This document shows, one piece after another, positions 44,264 through 53,129 of a DNA stretch of 60,658 nucleotides. The notes under the pieces are model-generated. The model saw only the letters and a program-made list of their open reading frames with translations. It was not told the DNA's origin and did no database searches. Each line of letters starts with the position of its first letter. Positions within the stretch are counted from its first letter, which is position 1. Source of the stretch: Rozella allomycis CSF55 (Eukaryota); NCBI GenBank assembly GCA_000442015.1, contig KE561074.1, positions 1 to 60,658 of the forward strand. The letters run 5' to 3'. Made by a program: the position numbers and the translations under genes.

Positions 44264-46126
44264 ATGCAAAAACAAAGCGCAGAAAGTAAGATTATAGTCA
44301 CTTTATCAACCCTAGAAGTAAGCACTCCGCTTCATCATCATGGCGAGCGGGCTCTTCCGAAAGTTATGAAAAACGAAGCTATTGATTGCTGGTATTATGT
44401 GGATTACGGCGGTGGATATTGTAGCAATGAAACGGCCGTAATGTCATTCATAGGAACTATCAATCAACTTAAAGAGCGCATAAATGAAAAACATGAAATT
44501 GTTCCCGCTGGCAAAGCGGAGTCTCTAACTCTCACTCTAGTCATCAAAGATGATCAAGTTGTGGAGATACCTCTTTTAAATCCTAGGGCCAAAATTAATA
44601 CCGTCGTAGCAAATGATAAATTCACCATTCGTATTCGCCTTCCTCCGCATTCTCTATACATGCATTATTATGGACCCGAAATCGTGAACGAATTTGATAA
44701 GAATGAGTTAAAATATGGTTACGACAGAGCTTTTTTAATTGAGGCATCCTTATACGAATCTTTTCAAGACTTTCGAAAACGAGTGGCAAAGGAAGTAAAC
44801 ATAGAAGAGTTGCCATCTATATATTACATTGATGACGGCAAACGTTATCGCATATTGGATGATAAATTATTTATCTTTGCCCTTCGCGCCAATTTCCCGT
44901 TTGTATGTTCTGCTGGACGGTTTAGTCCTTATTCCACGGATTCATTGGGCACACTTGAAACAGTACCTTATCCATTGATAAAGTTTGATTATAATTCGGA
45001 AACACGCATCATACATTTCCCACCCGAATCCACGGTTTTTCCAAAGAAGATTGTTGACTATGCAAATTCTATTCAGCAATTTAATGTGTGGTTAAATACT
45101 TTTTCACAAGAAAAGTATCCCACTTGCTGCATGGTCAATGGACTAGTAAAATCTGGGAAGAAAGTGGCAATAAGGTCTGTATTCCCGGTTCTGATACATG
45201 ACAGATTTCCAAATGCACGCATTGGTTATGCAAATCTTGATGTGTGCGGGGTAAATATTGGCAGAGAATATATCGATTGCATTCGGGCCTTGTTTCTATG
45301 TTTTGCTGATTATCTAAAAAAGACTATTGTCATTAACCCTCCAAATCTGTCTGGGTCAGCGCATGTGGTAGAAGTTGAACACGCAATAAGACAATGTGTT
45401 TCGATGTGCGGAAAACACAGCAACTTGAATTTCTTCATTTTAGATGAAATTCAAAGACTATTTCAGACATGCAGTAATGCGAATGATATGCTGGCATTGT
45501 TTAAGAGCATTGTGTTATTATCTGAACAGGGCAATTTACGATTTGTATTTTCGGGATCCAATGTCATACGTGCATGGCATGAAATACTAAAGTGCACTGC
45601 TAATGATCATGCACCAAGTTCCAATATACATTTAATACATTTTCCATCTAGATGTAAAACAAAATATTTGACACTAGCTCGCGAACTTGTTTTAAATGAA
45701 TATCCTCAAATTCCATCAGAACTCCTATCATGTTGCTATAATCCTGCCTCCATTAGCTTTAATGTTCAAATGTGGCTTTACAATCAGCACGCAAACGATC
45801 CACTAACAGTAACATTATCGAAAATTCAAGACAAATTCCATGAAGAATTTATTAAGGACACATATCCGTTGCTTAAAGAAATTACCGTTAAAGAAAGGAA
45901 ATATTTTTATGACTTAACAGTAGGAACGTATGATAATCCAAGTACTGTTTTTCCATTGTTTTCTCTTTGCCTGAACAATCTGATCCAGCAAGAAATAGAT
46001 ACTGAAGGGAAATCTATTTGGCGGTTTTCTACTTGTCCGTTTGCATTTTTTCTCAGAGAATACCTTACTTGCGATGGCCACCTAATTAACCATATATCTC
46101 GCACAATATCGTTTTACAATGTCTAA
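44264..46126 (+). CDS. Crinkler-like protein: ubiquitin-like header(s) plus P-loop NTPase, intronless (start may be 44367)
   Basis: GTINQLKERI...AESLTL resembles a CRN Ubl header; Walker A-like NGLVKSGKK, Walker B FFILDEIQ and sensor-like FVFSGS. Confidence 0.6.
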   Translation: MQKQSAESKIIVTLSTLEVSTPLHHHGERALPKVMKNEAIDCWYYVDYGGGYCSNETAVMSFIGTINQLKERINEKHEIVPAGKAESLTLTLVIKDDQVVEIPLLNPRAKINTVVANDKFTIRIRLPPHSLYMHYYGPEIVNEFDKNELKYGYDRAFLIEASLYESFQDFRKRVAKEVNIEELPSIYYIDDGKRYRILDDKLFIFALRANFPFVCSAGRFSPYSTDSLGTLETVPYPLIKFDYNSETRIIHFPPESTVFPKKIVDYANSIQQFNVWLNTFSQEKYPTCCMVNGLVKSGKKVAIRSVFPVLIHDRFPNARIGYANLDVCGVNIGREYIDCIRALFLCFADYLKKTIVINPPNLSGSAHVVEVEHAIRQCVSMCGKHSNLNFFILDEIQRLFQTCSNANDMLALFKSIVLLSEQGNLRFVFSGSNVIRAWHEILKCTANDHAPSSNIHLIHFPSRCKTKYLTLARELVLNEYPQIPSELLSCCYNPASISFNVQMWLYNQHANDPLTVTLSKIQDKFHEEFIKDTYPLLKEITVKERKYFYDLTVGTYDNPSTVFPLFSLCLNNLIQQEIDTEGKSIWRFSTCPFAFFLREYLTCDGHLINHISRTISFYNV

Positions 46127-46521
46127 TGGCCCTAACTAGGCTCGGTGAACATGTTTTTTGATAAATAAACATTAATTTATTACACTTAATACCTAATATT
46201 GCTACATTTATTGAGATCATCACAAATTGTGGCAAAGGAATGTTTTTCGTTAATCATTTACTTTCAACTAAATTTACGCATTGTTTCAGATGTATATTTT
46301 CCGATGAAGTTGTGTACTTGAACATCCCACTTAAAGTTAATCTTTCTTTATAAAAATTAAGCAGCAAAATTTATCCTAGAATTACACAATATGGAATGGC
46401 CAACAAGATAAATTGATCAATATATTTTGGGCTGGAACAGGCGGGTCGGCACGTGGCACGCACGATGTCCAATTAAGCCAACCGTTTTAAGGAATTTTGA
46501 GCCACCAATTTATTATTAATC

Positions 46522-48342
46522 ATGAAAACGGTTTATCCAATCAAAGAAAACATTAAGCTGCATAGACACTTAACTTTGTTAGCAGTTTATGTGGGATTTT
46601 TGTACCTTTTCATTGTGCTTTTCCGAGACAGAATGCCAGCAGCATTGTCAAAGCAAGAAGCCGATGCTACCAATGACTTTTCAGGTCAATTGGCGTATGA
46701 AGATTTGAAATTCATTGCTTCGGAATTCCATCCTGTTGGTAGTTTACATAATTACAATATCGGCAAATTCATTCACGAAAGATTGTTGTCAATTCAAAAC
46801 GATGCTTTAAAATCTGGATTGTCCATTTCAATATTTGAAAATCTAAGTTACGATGCGTCAAAGGAAGAAGACTTGTTGACGAATGTAGAAAGCCCAGGTC
46901 AGATTTACGCGGTATTGGAGGGCGAGTCGAAACAAATTTTAATGATCTCTGCGCACTATGACTCTGTGCGGAATTCATATGGTGCAAGTGACAATGGCGC
47001 TGGTGTTACAGTGGCTCTAGAAATTCTACGTAAGCTGGTTGCAAAAGGAAAGAAGCCTTTAAGCTCAATTATGTTTTTCTTAAATAATGGTGAGGAAATT
47101 AGACTTAATGGTTCTAAATGGATGCTGAAGCAGAAAATATACAATAGAGTCACAAAGGTGATTAATCTTGAGGGAGGTGGTACTGGTGGTCGATCTATTT
47201 TGTTTAGATCTAACAGTTATTCTATGATAGCTGCATATGCCAAGGTAGCCCCATTTCCACACATGAATGTTGCGGGAGAAAAGTTGATGCGGTTGCTTGG
47301 TAGTTCTACTGATTATGATGTTTACGTTGGGAATGTTGGTAATGCTATTTATGTTCCCGATGTTGTCGATGTTGCTTTTTACGAAGGTCGAATTCATTAC
47401 CACACTGAAAATGATTCATTGGATAACATTGGCCCTGAGTCTGTTCAACATATGGGATCGAACGTTTATAAATTTGTAGAGCATCTGGCTTACAGTGGAA
47501 AGTACGAAAAAAGTGTGAGTGAACCTAATGAGATTACATTTTTTGACATTTTAGGGTCAAGTGCAACTGTATACTCCACCAACGTTCAAAGAATAATTTC
47601 GTTAACAATAGGCGGAGTTTCATTTGTTGTTGCGTATTTCATATGGAAAAGAAGACAAATATCTTTAAAGTTATTTTTGAGGTGTTTATCTATTTGCATT
47701 TCGTTTCCATTTGTTGGTATTATAGTGTCTTTTATATTTAATTTTCACAGCTTTCTTATAGCAATGTTTGCAAGTGAAGGATACAAAGTGACTTGGACGT
47801 ATCATTGGGGTACCTTTATTGGATTGTTGGTTTGTTTGATGATTGCTAAAATGTTGCATGAAATTAAGAATATCCAAAAAGAAACGACTGAATTGAATAT
47901 CGAAAGCTATCAGAAAGGATTAATTGTTGCCATTCTTGTTTTTACTTCCATTTTGTCAATTCTTACAAATTTAATCCCAGGATCTGGATCGACACAATCA
48001 TTCACTAATTTTAACATTGCCATCCTCATTGGAACTATTTTGTATTTGATTCCATTTCAAGATCAGTATTTCTTTTCTCCTCTAATCTTGTACACTATTG
48101 CATGCTATTCATTATCAAGCGTTATTTTAATTGATAGCTGCATCATGCTGCAAAGAGTTACAACAATGAGGAAAATGTTTTTATTACCATTTTTGTTCAC
48201 ATCTCTTTTACATTCTTTGTCATTTCTATCTTTGATACCTTTTGTAATCGAGTTTGAATTTAAGAGTCTCAAAAAATCACTAATCTTTATTGCTTTTGTC
48301 CATTTCATCTTTATCATTGTGGCCATTTCACTAGGTGTATAA
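46522..48342 (+). CDS. M28-family membrane metallopeptidase, paralog of 3541-5334, intronless
   Basis: Same motifs (SAHYDS, GASDNGAG, NNGEE, INLEGGGTGGR, IHYHTENDSL, KVTWTYHWG), collinear with copy 1. Confidence 0.9.
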   Translation: MKTVYPIKENIKLHRHLTLLAVYVGFLYLFIVLFRDRMPAALSKQEADATNDFSGQLAYEDLKFIASEFHPVGSLHNYNIGKFIHERLLSIQNDALKSGLSISIFENLSYDASKEEDLLTNVESPGQIYAVLEGESKQILMISAHYDSVRNSYGASDNGAGVTVALEILRKLVAKGKKPLSSIMFFLNNGEEIRLNGSKWMLKQKIYNRVTKVINLEGGGTGGRSILFRSNSYSMIAAYAKVAPFPHMNVAGEKLMRLLGSSTDYDVYVGNVGNAIYVPDVVDVAFYEGRIHYHTENDSLDNIGPESVQHMGSNVYKFVEHLAYSGKYEKSVSEPNEITFFDILGSSATVYSTNVQRIISLTIGGVSFVVAYFIWKRRQISLKLFLRCLSICISFPFVGIIVSFIFNFHSFLIAMFASEGYKVTWTYHWGTFIGLLVCLMIAKMLHEIKNIQKETTELNIESYQKGLIVAILVFTSILSILTNLIPGSGSTQSFTNFNIAILIGTILYLIPFQDQYFFSPLILYTIACYSLSSVILIDSCIMLQRVTTMRKMFLLPFLFTSLLHSLSFLSLIPFVIEFEFKSLKKSLIFIAFVHFIFIIVAISLGV

Positions 48343-51300
48343 ATAAAGAGACTTTGATAACTTAATAACATACTATTTCCACTATAGATATCTAAATGCA
48401 TCCAAATCATTATATCTTGATATTTTGAATAAAATTAGTAAGATTTCAACGGACATCCTTCTTCGCGAGCCAATCTGATGCAGAAATTGTCAACAAAGAA
48501 ACTACACTCTTTAAGGCATCAAAAATCCATTGCCATTTTCTCATTCATCAAACAATTTTATGTAAAACGCGACAAAGATTGCGTGTATTCCGCTAAATTT
48601 ATGGTTAATGTGATTGTTTAGGAATTAGGGATTGAATGGGCAGTGGGAGTCTCAATTAACTACATGAGCATATAGTGGAGAGGAGTCATAACTACAAGAG
48701 AGGAATAAAGCATCATCCATGAACAAGTAGTACATCCTTACACTTTTCATAAGCATAATTCAATCCATTTGTCCTTTTGAAGACTTCTCCAGACCTTGCA
48801 CTCGCAAAAAGCCATTCTCAAATGCACAATCTTCCATGTGTTCAACTAGCACAACAAAAGGCTTTTTTTGGTTTCTTTGTTGCTTCTTTTTAGATCGATA
48901 GATACAAAGAAGCTTAGAATCTTTTTTGTCTTGCTATGTCTATTTTTCCTCATCTGTGAGAGAAGAAACTGGCAAAGTTTGTGCCTTTCTCACTATTTTC
49001 TCAGATACAGGTATAGTTTTGCGATCGAAAGGCCAAGGATCATCTGTTGCCAATTTAGACGATCCATTGACCATTCTCTATTTTCCAAAAGATTTTGGAA
49101 TATTTGAAGCACTTCATGTGCCTATTCATATTGGAATTATGTATATTCTCTCCCGGTAATATTAAAAATAACAACATCATCAGATTTATCACTTATTACT
49201 CAATCCAATCAAAAAGTCTTGGGTGTATGCTTCAATGCTTTTATCTGGCAAGGGTATCCTTTGATCTCATGTTTTATTGTATTTTCCAACCAAATAAAGT
49301 TTTCGATACCCAACTTGGCTTGCAATGAGCGTTTGAGATAATGTAACTGTTCTTGATAAATGTACACTTTCGACAGTTCCATCATCAGCATATCTGCAAT
49401 TGCTATCACTTGTGATTTCACACTCATTTTAATCGGATCCGTAGCCTAACATGCTTTTTTATATTTTGAGATACAAAAAAGACTAAGATTCAATTCGTAT
49501 ACATTATCAAGTGACAACCAGCATAAGAATAGATGACTGTAATTTTCTGTCACACATATTATTATAGTTGTTTTGCATTTATCAAAGTCAAGAAAATAGA
49601 AATATGAATACAAAACTGTTTATTGTTTAAATGCATTCTTGAGCAAAATAATCATGTCAACGGTCAATGTGCAACAACACCCGTAACCATTCAAGAATAT
49701 TATTTTCTGCTTGTTCACGGCCTCCTTGACGAGAATTGATTTTGAGTCGACCAGACCATTTTCATCGCCACTCTTGTAACCTGGATATATCCAAAGGAGA
49801 TGTTCATAATCTTCCAATTGATTTGCTAAGGTTGAATTGTTCGACATAATCAGTGTGTTCTTGCACTGTGCCGGTAGCAAACCAAACTTCTGGCCACGTA
49901 ACTGAGGGCATAGAAAATCATAGCGTGCCTTCTTGATCTTTTTTTGATGAAATAGAGCTGCATATTCAACCAAATCATTGACATCCATTTCAACTGCATT
50001 TAATACAATTTCCTTTCCAAGATCAATGACGATATCAATGTAAGTATTGTTCTCAAAGTCGTACAGGTCGCTCAGACGAATTCTTTCTTTTGACAGTTTG
50101 ACCAAATAATACTTGACTGCCAAGGAATTGACTACAACATCTTCCCACCAGATGCCAATAGCGTGCAAGCCCTTTGCGGTATTATTGATCCATTTCGAGT
50201 AATCAAAGAAGCATTTTGTAACATCGACGCCAGGAATAGTTGTAGAAAGAAGTTCATTCACCTCCAAGAACTTGGAAGGTTTGACAACAAACATAGGAAA
50301 AATGAAGGATTGCTTATCTTCGTATGCTCTACCGCTTGGGAAAACAACAGCGGATTGGATCATAGAAACCCATGTAGTGGCTGTGCCTGGAACGAGGTCA
50401 GTCAACCTTACTTTGAGACCACATCCACAAGCCATAATTATATGAGATAATACTTTTTTATCTATTTCATTAATAATTTAATAGTCCTAAAAGAGTCAGA
50501 GTAACTTAATCTAAGCAGATTTGTGTAGGTGCCAATAAGATCTGTCAATGGCTTCTTGCTGTGTTCCCAATACACATTCACTGCAATCATGCACATTCGG
50601 GGAACGCCATAAGTCAAGGACATGAGACTCATCAATTTGTGGTCCGCAAGAAAATCCTCAAACGAAGCAGTCCAAGGATCATTGTCATTCTTCTCTGCTT
50701 TGCCATATTCAAACCTTTCCTGCATTGTAAGGGGCGAGAGATAAATATTTCTCACATTGAAATCCCCATTTTGAATCAGCTTTAGATTTCCATCAACAAT
50801 ACCGCCAACAATAGCATAGCAGTTGGCAGGGAGTTTGGTCAAAGCACATGAAAGTTGAGTTCTGTGAATGACTTTTTTTGTTATAGATCCATCCTCGTGC
50901 AATGTATCTCGATTGAACGAACAATCTTCAAGGAATGTTTGAACTTCATCAAGGATAAACACGAGTTTGGCAGTTGAAGAAACACCAAAGGCGATGTTCG
51001 TCAGTCGAATCAACTCGGTTATGCTTCTAAAATTATCTGTCATCACAGCCTTAATCCAACGAACAAGCGTATAATGAGCTCCAGGGGCTTCTCCATTGAC
51101 AATCTTGTTCATAGTCAACTCACTAAACTTGATTCCATCAACAGTGCAGCCACGGAAAATGTAACAGAGATGGTGCACAATTAAATCTCTCCAAAGAAGC
51201 TCTGAATCCCCTCGAGAATACTTCTTCATCTCATAGACAATCAACCTCCCAACATCTCTGGCTGCCTTCAATGGATTGTTCTCATGCTTTGTCGCCAGAT

Positions 51301-51526
51301 ACTTGCACATGGTCGTCTTTCCCATTCCCCGAGTAGTACTCATCGATATCACTCGTGTCTTATCATTGTGCCATGTCATAAACTCGTCAATAGACTTCAG
51401 TTGTTCAGTTCGCCCAAGTAGAACCTTTGGTATCCCGTTTGGTTGAATAAATTGAAGTTCAAGGGGTACCGAGTAGCTCTCTGGCTTGAAATCAACATCC
51501 ATCACTAATTGGGTAGTTCCTATTTA

Positions 51527-51649
51527 TCGGACGGGGAGTTTACGACCCGGACTTCAGAAACGATTATTGGCAAGTTGAGTTAATGCCATTTTCACTTCGA
51601 ATATACACTCACTTTAAGGGTTTTACACCGTGAACCAGGGTGGTTGTCG

Positions 51650-51691
<42 letters not shown>

Positions 51692-52315
51692 GTGTCTGTA
51701 ACCATTTTTTGCTTCCGTTTTCTCCCAAATTTGGTCTTTGAACTCAGAACATGCAATATATAAAGTAATATTTATTTTCAGCCCCTTTAGTAAAGGTAGT
51801 TGTTGAGATATAGATGGCGGAAGTTTTGGAAGCGGTATGTTGGATTGCTCATTAATATCGTCCATATGTGTCTAATTACATATAAATAAAATTAAATTAA
51901 TAAATTGTTCTTTTATCTACTTTATTAGCGTTTTAGAGACATTAAAATCGCTTGTTACACTTAGTTTTGAACTTTTGAGTCCCATAGACAGCATAGTGTA
52001 GCAAATCTTTAAAAGTATACAATTGTATAATTATTATTATATTAATTTAAAGATAAATGTTTTTATTAGAACAAGATAAATGGAGATTCGGGATTCGCAG
52101 GAGGAAACTGGAAAACGGTAAATGAAGGTCACAGGCGATAAAAGAAACCGGTAAAATGAATTCCTGAATGTTTTGAATATAGATAGATAGATTCTATTTT
52201 AGGCGATTAACGCTAATGTAAAAAAATGATTAGACAGAAAACAGTTGTTTTGTGTGAAAAAATTTATTGATAATTATAAACTCCCCGTCCGATTTAACGA
52301 GCACTGCGAGACTTG
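51527..52315 (+). mobile_element. Non-autonomous Helentron/Helitron2-associated (HINE/DINE-1-like) element inside a Crinkler intron
   Basis: Inverted repeat TCGGACGGGGAGTTTA (51527-42) / TAAACTCCCCGTCCGA (52277-92), with the right copy ~23 nt inside the end. 3' hairpin TAACGAG..CTTGTTA and an internal (TG)n. Boundaries set by comparison with the empty paralogous intron 52602-52630. Confidence 0.7.
51652..51697. repeat. (TG)n/(TGTA) microsatellite within the element
   Basis: About 15 consecutive TG units followed by tatgtatgtgtgtct. Confidence 0.95.
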
Positions 52316-53129
52316 TTATTGAAACTTTGACACTTACTTGCGTTTTTGATTTCGTTTAGCTTTTCAGATATTGTATATCCATCATCTTCACCGAGCTTTT
52401 GAATCCACTTTGGCTCTTTCCATAGATAGTATTGGCCAAACGGAATAAGTTCTCCGTCATCATCTTCCATTTTCTGTTCAAACAGTTCCTTCAAGTCTTC
52501 TTGCTCGTCTTTGTTCAACCAATTTTGAAACTCGTTCTTTTGATGTTCGGATGGCAGGATTGCAGGCTTAAAATCAACATCCATCACTACTTGGGCAGAA
52601 CCTATTTATTATTCAAACTTTGATACTTACTTGCTTTTTTGATTTCGTGTAGCCTCCCAAATACAGTGCCTGCAGTAGCGATATCATTCAACATATCCTT
52701 CCATGTGTCTTTATCCCATAGACAGTATTGGCTAAACGGAATAAGTTCTCCGTCATCATCTTTTATTTTCTCTTCAAACAGTTCCTTCAAGTCTTCTTGC
52801 TCTTCTTTGTTCAACCAATTTTGAAACTCGTTCTTTTGATGTTCTGTCATGTCNGATAGTATTGGCCAAACGGAATAAGTTCTCCGTCATCATCTTCCAT
52901 TTTCTGTTCAAACAGTTCCTTCAAGTCTTCTTGCTCGTCTTTGTTCAACCAATTTTGAAACTCGTTCTTTTGATGTTCTGTCATGTCAGTGGACAAAGCC
53001 ATCGAAAAAAGGTTTGTAATGGTAGCAACGAACCTAATTGTATCAAAAATGAAAAAACATTAATTAATACTAGAAAGCCGTTAATTTTGATCCAGTGAGA
53101 AGAACATATTGCGTTGTCATAACAATCTG

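Larger units (their letters stand above)
49620..52850 (-). pseudogene. Crinkler/CR-type effector: 2 tandem SAM-like headers, P-loop NTPase and REase-like C-terminus; frameshifted by an 8-nt insertion (50476-50483)
   Basis: Exons 52850-52631, 52601-52338 and 51519-49620 splice in frame (KKA|SSAQVVMDVDFKP; KNA|RTTQLVMDVDFKP). Walker A TRGMGKTT, Walker B VFILDEVQ, GVPR, and YDFL...AQCK (PD-(D/E/Q)xK-like). Confidence 0.7.
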
